DNA of 64,000 nucleotides from Tetramitus jugosus (lineage: Eukaryota > Protista > Heterolobosea). The notes under the pieces were generated by a model. That model made no database searches, was not told the origin of the DNA, and saw only the letters and a list, made by a program, of their open reading frames with translations. This document shows, piece by piece, positions 11,662 through 21,363 of this stretch (positions are counted from its first letter, which is position 1; the number at the start of each line of letters is the position of its first letter). Position numbers and translations under genes: made by a program. Where the stretch lies: the NCBI GenBank assembly GCA_937625935.1, contig OW569381.1, positions 124,001 through 188,000 on the forward strand, written 5' to 3'.

Positions 11662-12894
11662 ATGTCAGCCACTGTTTCCAAACAGCAAGCCAGACCCGTT
11701 CCAGAGCTCACTCCAGAACAACAACAAAAGCTTGACAATTCTCACGAAAACCAAGAATTCCTAGGTGAAAAGGAAATTCGTGTCTCTGTTCAAGCCATTA
11801 GACAAACCATCAAGAATGAAGAGATTAGACTGAGAAAAAAGTACACTTGGCTCAATAGACAAGACCTTCTCGGATTCCTATCCTTTATCCTATCAGTGAT
11901 TGCCCTTTGCTTTACTGCACTCTTTTATTTGAAGAAGAAGATTCATTGGAGTCTTGTGATTCCATTGATGGCACTCCCTGGTAGTATCATGCATGAACTT
12001 GAGCATGACTTGATTCACAATTTGTACTTTAAGAGCAAGCAATGGATGCAACATGTCATGTTTGTCTTTATTCACTTTACCAAGTGGAGTATTCCACCAT
12101 GGTACAGAAAGATGATTCACATTAGACATCATCAGGAATCTGGTACTGAAAAGGACATTGAAGAACGATTGATTGGACTGGGAAGACCATTGGACTTGTT
12201 GAGATGGGCACTCACTTTTTATCCATTTGCCAATGTGTTGGTATTGGACGAGTTGCAAGAAGACAATCAAAAGGACTGGAGCAAGCACAAGCTTGTTTTT
12301 GCTGCTCTCCCCTCTGTGATTCCATTTACCATTTTGTGGCACTTGTTTATGGGCTATTGTCGATTGAATTTGGGATTGACATTGACATCGTACGATCCTG
12401 TGCTCTATCTGCCAGAGTGGGGATGGCCTATTGTCAGAGATTTGAGTATTTTGATCTTGATGCCAAACGTGTTGAGACAGGCTTGTTTGAACATGATGGC
12501 CAGTTATTGCCACTACTATGGTGATATTCCACACAACTCGGTCTACTATCAGAATCAAATTATTGATCACTGGCTCATGTATCCACTCCAATTGTTCTCA
12601 TTCAACTTTGGAGCCACTCACATTATTCATCACTTTGTCCCTAATCAACCATTCTACTTGAGACAAATGTTGGCTCCAAAGTCCTTGGCTGCCATGATCA
12701 AGCACGGAATTCGTTACAATGACTGGGGTATCATCAAGAGAAACAATAGATTCTTTGATGAGTCTGGAAGCATCACCAAGAAGAGAGTTGATTTGAGTAT
12801 TGACGCTCCTGCCCCAGAACTCACTGAACCAGCCAGTGGAGGAGGCGATAACTCTGCCAACAGATCCCCATCTCGTCAATTCAAACAAGATTAA
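11662..12894 (+). CDS. Membrane di-iron fatty acid desaturase-family protein, UndB (fatty-acid decarboxylase)-like
   Basis: His boxes HELEHDLIH, HIRHH, HYYGD and HIIHH; transmembrane segments; motifs SGTEKDIEER, PNVLR, FNFGATH, PFYLRQM and RYND..NRF as I recall them in the Pseudomonas UndB subfamily. Confidence 0.8.
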   Translation: MSATVSKQQARPVPELTPEQQQKLDNSHENQEFLGEKEIRVSVQAIRQTIKNEEIRLRKKYTWLNRQDLLGFLSFILSVIALCFTALFYLKKKIHWSLVIPLMALPGSIMHELEHDLIHNLYFKSKQWMQHVMFVFIHFTKWSIPPWYRKMIHIRHHQESGTEKDIEERLIGLGRPLDLLRWALTFYPFANVLVLDELQEDNQKDWSKHKLVFAALPSVIPFTILWHLFMGYCRLNLGLTLTSYDPVLYLPEWGWPIVRDLSILILMPNVLRQACLNMMASYCHYYGDIPHNSVYYQNQIIDHWLMYPLQLFSFNFGATHIIHHFVPNQPFYLRQMLAPKSLAAMIKHGIRYNDWGIIKRNNRFFDESGSITKKRVDLSIDAPAPELTEPASGGGDNSANRSPSRQFKQD

Positions 12895-13002
12895 AGTTAA
12901 TCCTTATATTTTTTAAAAACTGCTCATTCTGAACAATGAAGAACTCACACATTTGCAGAAAATTTGATTGAATTACAACCTTTAATTGAAGCAAGCTTAT
13001 TA

Positions 13003-15453
13003 TTACTCATGTGCCTTTTCACGATGATACAGGGAGCCATTGTTTTGGTTGAAACAGGCAATGGTAGTACAGCTGTCACGGAAGTTGGACAAGTTAGCCT
13101 GGGTTTTGGCTCCTTCCCAAATAATACTGGAAGGCTTGCTGGTCCACTTTCTGATAGATTGTTCCTCCTCGTCATCGGCATCAACGTCGTCTTGAGTCAC
13201 TCCAAGTTGTACATTGAAATCAGTAAAGTGCTTGCTCAATTCCAACACCATTCTGGGCACCATGTTTTGAAGAGAGAAGTAAGGGCCACTTAAAGTAATC
13301 TTGTTCAAGAGTTCCTGTTTCACATTCTCATCACGTACAAGCTCGGCACATTGCACAATGAGGTCAATAATACCTGGTTCAGTACTTTCCTTCACAAGAT
13401 TGGGGTTAAAGATGATCTCGGGTGCCTTCACAGCCACTTCTGGGACTAAGGCAGAGCCATAGGAAGATGCGACATGTAGGGGTTCCACTGTCTTGACTTC
13501 TTCCTCATAGTTCATTGCTACGTACATTGATTCTCTTACTTGTTCTACATGAGATGAACTTACCCATCTCATTCCTCCATCCTTGACGCTATTGTGGATA
13601 TACTTTTTGATTACACTTCCATTGGACTTGGAAAATCGAAGTGCTTGCCTCAACAGGACATTGTTATGAATAGGTGCACAGTAGGCATCATTGTCATCAT
13701 AGCGTACGAGCAAACATGTTTCATCTTCGATAGCTGTCGAGTATGCTGTGGCTTCATCGACGAACTTGATTGCTGGTACCATAAACGAGTCGAAAAACAT
13801 GGTTGCAACTTTGTTCAATGCATTTGGATTCACATTTGGGGACACGGTGAACACCACTGGGTGCATACTTGGTTCAACATTCAACTTTCGATCATACAAG
13901 TAGTCCATGACGTTACGCAACAGGTGAATGTCAATTGTGTCTTCAACAAACACTTCCTCTCGAGAAATGTGGTAGCAATTCTCGGCCATATCACCAATGA
14001 CATAGTCATCAACACCAAATCCAGTCATACTAAAGTGAGGATGATCTGGACGACCAATCAACATTGGGATTGATTCTCTGGGACCATCCAAGTATCCATA
14101 GCTAATAGTTGTTGGGTTGATTGAAATAACGAGGGCTCTAAAATCAATAGAATTCGATGATCGAATTCTGTAGCTACGATACCAGTTGTGAGACTGTTGA
14201 TCTTGTTTGTTTCCACATGAGAGCAGCTCGAAATAGGACGTGGTTTCCAATGGCCAAGTCAATTGATAGTACTGGCGCCAAATTCTTGAATTTTGACACA
14301 AGTAGTAGAGATTTCGGTTGCATCTCATAAATTTGGCAGTGTCTTTTGCTTCCATATACTCTAGCAAGAGGATCATGGCATCATCAGGCACCTTTTCCAA
14401 ATGAGCAAGCTCACGTGACTCTACGTTTCTTGCATCGAGAACAGAAGAGGAAGGCATGCGTGCCTGCAGTGCTTGTGCCTCCAAATAGAGCTTGGTAGCT
14501 TCTTCGACGTTACCCTGTCGCTCCATCTCATCCGACTTTAACAACAATTGAACAGCTTGCTTGTACTCCTCACTTGTTTCATAATCATAGGGAGCCAACG
14601 TATCATTCATGATGGCTGTTGTAGTGTTCTCGACACGACGGAACATAATGTCCGTTCTCACAATGTACTTTGTTCCCTGGGTGACACTGGAGCCACAGTG
14701 AGGAAGATCTTGATTGAAAATGACAGCAGTTCCGGCCTTGACCTTTAGCTGAGCAATGCACTCCAATGGTGCATCGACTTGACTCAAATCTGTGACCTTG
14801 ACACTGTCGTCCATGGAGTACATCTCAAGCTCTCCGCCCTCATAATTGTCATTCAAGTAGACAATGATTGAGAAGATGCTTCTCTCATTACGATTTCTAA
14901 CAAACATACCATCAATGTGAGGTTTAAAGAACTCATCTTGTTGATATTTGCTAAAACGGAAGCATTCATTCAAGCCAATAGATACCCATCGACCATTGTT
15001 ATCAAATCCAAATGGTTTCACTTCCCAGTTCAACGAACCAGAAGAGGCAGAAGAATTGGCGCCATTTTGATTTTTTACAGTGGATTGAAGAGCGCTTGTC
15101 AAACGACTCCACAACCAATCTTTCCACGTTTCGCTCAACACAATGGCACGTGAGCTGTTACGATAGTGAGTAGGGTATTCTTGATCAATGGAATCATAAC
15201 CGTAATCCTCACTCCTCTTTATCAAGTATTGACATTCTTCCTGAGAGAGAAGATTATGAACGAGAAAGCATTGAGCAGAAGATGAAGACACTACTTTACT
15301 ATCAGCTGTCGTAGTTGTGGCTGTAGTAGCCTTGTTGGACGACTGCTGAGAAGGAGCAATGACGTACTCTGTGTGTACATTGTTCTGTTGATGATGTTGA
15401 CTGTCGTTGAGAAAGTGAGAGGGGAGAGGATCTGGACAGTGATGCTTCTGCAT
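13003..15453 (-). CDS. Fusion protein: 2OG-Fe(II) oxygenase + F-box + divergent actin-like domain
   Basis: P4H-like LNECFRFSKY..FFKPHID..IVYLND..GGEL..HCG..KYIVRTD; F-box LEKVPDDAMILLLEYM..CNRNLY..IWR; actin-like LIGRP, LNVEPSMHPVVFT, MFFDSFMVPA, APEIIFNP, WEGA. Confidence 0.85.
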   Translation of the reverse strand: MQKHHCPDPLPSHFLNDSQHHQQNNVHTEYVIAPSQQSSNKATTATTTTADSKVVSSSSAQCFLVHNLLSQEECQYLIKRSEDYGYDSIDQEYPTHYRNSSRAIVLSETWKDWLWSRLTSALQSTVKNQNGANSSASSGSLNWEVKPFGFDNNGRWVSIGLNECFRFSKYQQDEFFKPHIDGMFVRNRNERSIFSIIVYLNDNYEGGELEMYSMDDSVKVTDLSQVDAPLECIAQLKVKAGTAVIFNQDLPHCGSSVTQGTKYIVRTDIMFRRVENTTTAIMNDTLAPYDYETSEEYKQAVQLLLKSDEMERQGNVEEATKLYLEAQALQARMPSSSVLDARNVESRELAHLEKVPDDAMILLLEYMEAKDTAKFMRCNRNLYYLCQNSRIWRQYYQLTWPLETTSYFELLSCGNKQDQQSHNWYRSYRIRSSNSIDFRALVISINPTTISYGYLDGPRESIPMLIGRPDHPHFSMTGFGVDDYVIGDMAENCYHISREEVFVEDTIDIHLLRNVMDYLYDRKLNVEPSMHPVVFTVSPNVNPNALNKVATMFFDSFMVPAIKFVDEATAYSTAIEDETCLLVRYDDNDAYCAPIHNNVLLRQALRFSKSNGSVIKKYIHNSVKDGGMRWVSSSHVEQVRESMYVAMNYEEEVKTVEPLHVASSYGSALVPEVAVKAPEIIFNPNLVKESTEPGIIDLIVQCAELVRDENVKQELLNKITLSGPYFSLQNMVPRMVLELSKHFTDFNVQLGVTQDDVDADDEEEQSIRKWTSKPSSIIWEGAKTQANLSNFRDSCTTIACFNQNNGSLYHREKAHE

Positions 15454-15601
15454 TGGTGTGTTTGTGTGGTGGAGTTATTTTGAGGTAAATGTGTGACAAA
15501 ATGTCTTCTTTGTTTGTGTTGTTTGCCCTTGAACAAAAGTACAGTTCTTCCATGTCGAACTTGAACTAAACTTTCAATCAAAAACGATGTTGATAAAACA
15601 T

Positions 15602-15672
15602 CTCGATCACCGGGAATCGAACCCGGGTCGCCAGAGTGACAGTCTGGAATGCTACCCCTATACCATGACCGA
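15602..15672 (-). tRNA. tRNA-Asp (GTC)
   Basis: Reverse complement TCGGTCATGGTATAGGGGTAGCATTCCAGACT-GTC-ACTCTGGCGACCCGGGTTCGATTCCCGGTGATCGAG folds into a cloverleaf; TTTT follows. Confidence 0.95.
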
Positions 15673-15715
15673 TGTTGTTAACTCTCCCGATACGTACTTT
15701 TTGCCATTAAATTCA

Positions 15716-15838
15716 CTTCTGACTTGAAGTCGATAGGGAGTGATACAATACTCTGCACCGTGACGGTGCAGAGTAGAATCGCTTCTAAAATGTTGTAAAG
15801 AATAAAGTGGCTACGCCAGGTTGTATGGAAAAAAAAAA
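15716..15838 (+). mobile_element. Short (123 bp) retroposed insertion: 3'-UTR-only truncation or SINE-like element
   Basis: Flanked by exact 13-bp TSD GCCATTAAATTCA (15703-15715 and 15839-15851). Contains a 12-bp hairpin TACTCTGCACCG-TGA-CGGTGCAGAGTA, AATAAA, and ends GGTTGTATGG-A10. Confidence 0.85.
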
Positions 15839-15865
15839 GCCATTAAATTCATGGTTTTAAGGATG

Positions 15866-16278
15866 GGACCAACTGGTCCTGGACCACAAGCTCAAAAGTC
15901 TGAAGGAAATCAGAATTGAATTCCCGGGGTGCAAGATCGGGGCAAGATCTCACGAGATGCTGAACATCATGCTGTCACAAATGAACGAGTGTGGATGTCA
16001 GTTACTCAGAGAGGGTACCCCCAGCAGTAACGCAGAAACTCTTATGATGGGGGACTCCCATATCGAGAGTAGAGAGCAGCTACAGTCAATAATGAACCAA
16101 CAAAGGACTGAAAGAATCAAGGGATTTGGGCTCTACTGGTTGCAAGCTGACGCAATCTACGAGCGTCATTGTGAGAAATGAAAAGTAACAGAGGAGATAA
16201 CGCTCTTCGAGCGTTATCCAGTGTAAATCATCAGAAAATAAAATCGGAGCAGCCGAAATGGTTGTATTAAAAAAAAAA
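15866..16278 (+). mobile_element. 5'-truncated, internally deleted non-LTR retrotransposon copy (same lineage as the 61726-64000 element)
   Basis: Near-identical to the reverse complement of ~62690-62400 joined to 61849-61726. Exact 17-bp TSD TCATGGTTTTAAGGATG (15849-15865 and 16279-16295); poly(A). Confidence 0.92.
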
Positions 16279-16303
16279 TCATGGTTTTAAGGATGCAGAC
16301 ATG

Positions 16304-16788
16304 CACACAAGAGCCACGCTGTCTGTATGGCCGGGAAGTGATTGCACGATGTCGGTGCCACAAAGAGCCAGAGACAATTCAACATTGTCTCATCCGCTGT
16401 TCAAGAGCCATTCTGTACCGGAGAAGGCTGGCCCTGTCGGGCAAGAACTTTTCAAGCTGGGTATTCACCCAAAACAGCCTATCAACCTGTGGTTTGATAA
16501 TGTTGTGTGGCAGGATGGTAAATTGACTGTGCGGCAACACCAAAAAACTAGCAAAGACTTTCTTCTAGGCATGGTGGGCGTGGGGAATGAAACAGTGGAA
16601 CAAGTAACAAAAGGTTGAAGAATGAACGGAGTGAAGAACATCACGGCAGAGAAGAAAGCAAGAACATTCATGAACAGGTTGAAGAGGTGCATTGACTCCC
16701 TTCACTACCTTTTCATTTCCTACAAGCGTTATCCATTGTAAATAATCAGAAAATAAAATGGAGCAACCAAATGGTTGTATTAAAAAAA
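16304..16788 (+). mobile_element. Degenerate 5'-truncated non-LTR retrotransposon 3' fragment
   Basis: Frameshifted zinc knuckle (CRCHKEPETIQHCLIRC) and INLWFDN..KTSKDFLLGM extension; ends GAGCAACCAAATGGTTGTATT-A7. Confidence 0.85.
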
Positions 16789-16800
16789 CATGTCGGACAT

Positions 16801-16999
16801 GTGAAGGCAATGAAGAGCGGGAAGAGAGATGAGGATGCTAGGATTCTGTGGTACGACTCACTTGAGTATATCAAGAAACAAAATACGTTCAAATTGGAGG
16901 AACGTCTTCCAATCGGACCACAGAATTAATTGCGTCAAACATTCCTTCATGAAATGGTGTGTCGTTAGATTGCACGAGAAAGGAATCGTCATCACTGAC
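16801..16999 (+). mobile_element. Internal ORF2 fragment of the lineage of the 55287-60173 element
   Basis: DNA closely matches the reverse complement of ~56510-56313 (KRDEDA..WYDSLEYIK..NVFQSDHRINCVKHSFMKWC). The 3' part is lost. Confidence 0.85.
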
Positions 17000-17019
17000 C
17001 GCTCATGTGAATTACAGGC

Positions 17020-17982
17020 TCACCACATCTTGTGATCGAGCGTTGATAAATTCTTCATTCGAATGGATACTATGTGATGACCAATGACCGATATGGCTGG
17101 ATAGTACAATATTCCTTTTGTTGGAATGTCTTCTATGGTATGGAAGTACTCATTGTTCTTGAAGAGATGCATACATGCACTCTCTGAGCTCGACAAATTC
17201 TTCAAGTTGAGCACCGTAGCAATTGTGTCACCTGTGCTAAAGTTAAAGCTCGTCTCATGCCTAACAACATTAGCATACTGGCTACGTGAACCACTTCTGT
17301 GAACAGTATGCTGACCGATGTTAAAACCGATACCTTGAGTGTGATACCCGATAATATTGTAGTGTCTTTCTTTGGCAAACCCAAAATCACTTCTCTCAAT
17401 TCCAGCGAATATTCTATAGGCATTGTAACTTCCATTATCATGATCATCCAGAGTGTATTCCCAACAATGTACCATTCCCATTTCAAGTTTTCTATTGGCT
17501 CGAATGGTGTACCAAAGGTTAGTTTTCTCACACGAGATTGTCTTGTTACGATTGTGCATCTGAATATCAGAGTCTTCTGTTCTTGTATTGGGATCCCAAT
17601 AGATCATGTTCGAACGAACAAGTTCTCTCCACACACAATCGTTACGACATGTTGGATTTGTCTCTGTGGTCTTCTTCAACATTTTCAATTCTTCTTCTTG
17701 TTCATCCCGACCCTCTTCAATGTTGGCTACAGTGGTTTCTTCATGACTGTAGTCCAGTAGCCCAAGACGGCAGGCAATCCCTTTCCACAAATACCCATCA
17801 GTATCTGGACTCAGAACCAAGGACGATCCATGTTTACAACTCAACGTGACATGATACAGGTCTGTCAGTGTCATGAATGTCAACATGTACATTTGCAGGT
17901 CACATGACAACAATTCGAAAATATTGAGAGTCAGAAAGTCTTCCTCAGTTTCCTGCTCAAGTTTGGTAGTTGTGCTTGTCAT
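17020..17982 (-). CDS. F-box + SPRY/B30.2 domain protein
   Basis: F-box IFELLSCDLQMYMLTFMTLTDLYHVTLSCK; SPRY-like HCWEYTL..IFAGI..FSTGDTIATVLN..FKNNEY..YYPAISV. Start at MTSTTTK (17982) is preferred over the track's upstream start. Confidence 0.8.
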   Translation of the reverse strand: MTSTTTKLEQETEEDFLTLNIFELLSCDLQMYMLTFMTLTDLYHVTLSCKHGSSLVLSPDTDGYLWKGIACRLGLLDYSHEETTVANIEEGRDEQEEELKMLKKTTETNPTCRNDCVWRELVRSNMIYWDPNTRTEDSDIQMHNRNKTISCEKTNLWYTIRANRKLEMGMVHCWEYTLDDHDNGSYNAYRIFAGIERSDFGFAKERHYNIIGYHTQGIGFNIGQHTVHRSGSRSQYANVVRHETSFNFSTGDTIATVLNLKNLSSSESACMHLFKNNEYFHTIEDIPTKGILYYPAISVIGHHIVSIRMKNLSTLDHKMW

Positions 17983-19675
17983 GGTTTTGGACGTTGTTCT
18001 TGACCTGACCGTCCTGTCGGAGTAACAGGAAGTTCTGAGCTCGAGTCCCTGCCTACAATTCCGAATACACCAATTTAATCGACAAAGTGGCCAGTTCGAT
18101 GACAATGAAAACTGAATTGTCAAGCTGTACTCTGTAGAAGAGAACTGCTTCTCATTGAGCACTTGAAAACATGTAACATTAGCACTAGGACAACTCACAT
18201 TAACAAGAATAGGCTCAGGCAGATTGTTTCATTCTAGTAGTCACTGCCACGTCGCTTTATACTGAGATCAATGAAAGTAGTACGCCAGGATTGCTTCAAT
18301 GTTCCTAAGTTTGTTGGAGACACCGACTCCTATTCCTTCAACAACCAGGACATCAAAAATGATGAGACCAAACTTGTTCCTTACCAACACCTGGGTCCAA
18401 CACACAAGTTGATCTGAGAGAGGAAGTATTCTACAACCCAGGTATCTTAACCAAGATAGCGTTAGGTACAGTGAAAAAGTTCGCCATTTTCTAAGCAACT
18501 TGGCAAGAGACGCACTGAAAGGGTGAGATGTGTCGACCAGAGAACCATCTGGATTGAATATGTGTTAGAGTATAAGATTATGTTCTCACCACCGACAAGC
18601 CACCCATTGTATCCTAAAAAATCTGTAGAGCCAAAACTCGTCGGAGATTTCTCTGGTTGACAAAATTTTGTGCAATGTTCAACTTGCACGTGCGTTTTTC
18701 AATGACTTTCTATGCCGCACACAATTTGCATTTCATTTTCAAACAACAAATCTGAGGTTTTGGACAGCACAGGCACCACCAACCTTGATAACCAATAATG
18801 CAAGCATCTTGAATCACCTCACTCTTTTTTTCTCATTGATTTTTCTGTTTAGCATAGTCTCAAGAAGTCACACACTCATCATGAACATTCATGTGGGCCA
18901 CAGTTCAAGTGTTGAGAACAAACTAGGAACAACTCACAACACATCATGAATCATGTAGTACATAAAAATTCAGTCTTTGTGTCTATTGCAATTCGAAAAT
19001 GCAGCATGATGTCATGTCCATCCACTCTCTATTGTTGTTGTCAAATAATTGCACTCTCTGCTTTTGTTGTCATTTTATCGCTACTGTTCGTTGTCATTGT
19101 TGTGCATCACACAAACAAGGACTCTATTAGCAAGAGTATGAATCAAAAAACATTACCATCAAAACAACCCAAACCCTCGATACAAGGAAAAGGAAAAAAA
19201 CCAACACCATGCCAGGAAAAATGGATTGTTGTTTATTGTTGATAGAGAGAATGGAAGAAAGCATCAGCAATGCGACTGCTTTTGAGAAGGTATGAATGAT
19301 GACGCAGACGGCAGGGATTGGGGTCCTTTTCAGTGGTGACATACTTTGACAACAGCATACTCACAGCTCCTCGTGCAGCTGGCGCAATCTTCTTGTGTCT
19401 TTTCTCTTGTTGTCAGTGTGTTCACAATCCGCCCACACATTTTGTTTTTGCAAGTATGTCTCGCACACATGCACACTCCACACGCACCACTACCGATCGA
19501 TCACTCACACGACACTCGCCTATCAATGATGAAGATGGCCAAAGCATTCCAATTACTTTGCGTCTCTTATCAAAACACAGGAGCTATGTGGCGTGTGTGG
19601 GTGATCGGATTGCGAGTGGAGCTCGTGTGTGACGAAGCATGTACCCTCTGCAAAAAAAGCCAGATGTGTATCATT

Positions 19676-21066
19676 CTACAAATCATCAAAATACATGTCC
19701 TCGTCAGAGTCGTAGTAGTTTCTTGGGGCCATGTGCACGTTGGCATTCTTGGAATTGCTGTACGTCGTGTCATAGTCAGAGTCTGACATGTCATCAGAGT
19801 CCTCATTGTAGTACGCTTTGTTTCTGGCACTGCAGGCAAAGAAGAGACATCTCCGCAGCTTCTTACTGTAGAAAAAGTAGTTCCAGACCCATATTTTGCC
19901 ATTAGACAATGCAAGTGGATCACCTGTTGGATCATCCTGATTTCTATCAGGGTTATACGTGTAAATCTCACACTCATAGATGCTGACAATGCTATCAATG
20001 GCTCTCCACAGTTGATTCAGTTGATCACCATTGAGGGCATCTCTCAGACTGAGATTGATGGAATTGATGAGACGTTCCTTGTACATTTCACGTGAGAAAT
20101 CCTCTTGTTTAATGCCCGAAAAGTCATAGTCTGGATAGGACAAGTTCAACAAACTGATCAAATCAATGAACTTTTGAGTGTCGGATTTGGTGTCGCCAAA
20201 TGGATTCATGGGCACACTGAGGTCATGTGGACAAGGTGGAGACAGTGCAGGTGACAAGAAGCTTGATGTGGCAATGTTTCTCATGTAATCATTGCTCTTA
20301 ATGATGGGTATTCCATTCTCATCAATGCAACTCTCATTCTCTTGATCATCCATGCCTTCTTCCTGACTGTTTGGATCCTCTGGATCAAATTCATCAAAGT
20401 GATGATAATGATTTTGCTGCTGCTTTTGTTGTTGTTGTTGTTGTGCCTTGGATTGATAGTGATGATAGAAATGGGGAGCGGACACAGCTCTCGTCCTCGT
20501 ATTCATCGATGATTGAGGGTCAAATGGAGTAGTAGTCGTCAACAATTGTTGTTGTTGTGTTGTTACTGTTGTTGCTGCTTTTGCAGAGGAAGGAGAATGG
20601 GAGGTGGGTATCGATGTGGATAACATGTCACCATTTTGTTGCTCCTTCTTTATTCGTATGGCTTGTTCGACCTCCTTTGACAATTTTTTGTCTTGGGCCG
20701 TTCTCTTGCCTACAATCATAGTTGGGTCATGATAGACAAATGATGACGATGAGAATAACAACAAACAGAAAGAGAGAAATGGTCATGTGTCAGTGTAAAT
20801 GATAACAACAATCATTTGGCGAAAAAAAAAGTTGGCGGTTGGAAGCTTTTTTCTTCCAAACCTCCAATAGAGGATAATGACGACAAGTTAGGAACCCGAT
20901 GTGTTCATCATTATCATCATTGGATGTTGATAAACAAACGAGGAGATCTCAAGTAAGACATACAGTGATAAGCTTCGAGCTTTCCATGGATGATAAACGT
21001 TCCACAGTCGTAACCGTCGAGCAGACAGTTGAACATGCTAAGATCTTGACAGGACACAAACTTCAT
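19676..21066 (-). CDS. MAF1: Repressor of RNA polymerase III transcription Maf1; exons 21066-20964 and 20709-19676
   Basis: Exon 1 MKFVSCQDLSMFNCLLDGYDCGTFIIHGKLEAYH splices (T|GC) to CKRTAQDKKL. Box B LISLLNLSYPDYDFS and box C CEIYTYNPD..DP..IWVWNYFFYSKKLRR are present. Confidence 0.93.
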
Positions 21067-21363
21067 ATTATTTTACAAGTTGAAAGGGTGAGTAGGAACT
21101 GGGGATGTTTGTTGTTGTTGTGTATGTGTGAACGGGAGAGTCGGATGTTGTATTGAGATGCGTGTTTGGTGTGTGGTGTTTTGTGCAGCACGAAAAAAAA
21201 GTCGGTTGGTTGCGTCTGGGCAGTTTCAAAAAATTGACTTCAAAAATCGTCCCCAGGTCGGGCCTAGCAAGATATTTATAGTCTAAAGTTCGCCTGTCCA
21301 AACTGCGTGTTTTGGCGCTGTCATCTAACGGTTAAAAAGCGTCACTACGATTACAGTTTTGGA

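Noticed and set aside
18200-19670. Cluster of short ORFs between the SPRY gene and MAF1
   Set aside because: No recognisable motifs or consistent splice model; probably UTR or intergenic.
19676-21066. MAF1 lying between two tRNA-targeted arrays as part of the system
   Set aside because: MAF1 is a conserved housekeeping gene, and there is no evidence beyond proximity in a compact genome.
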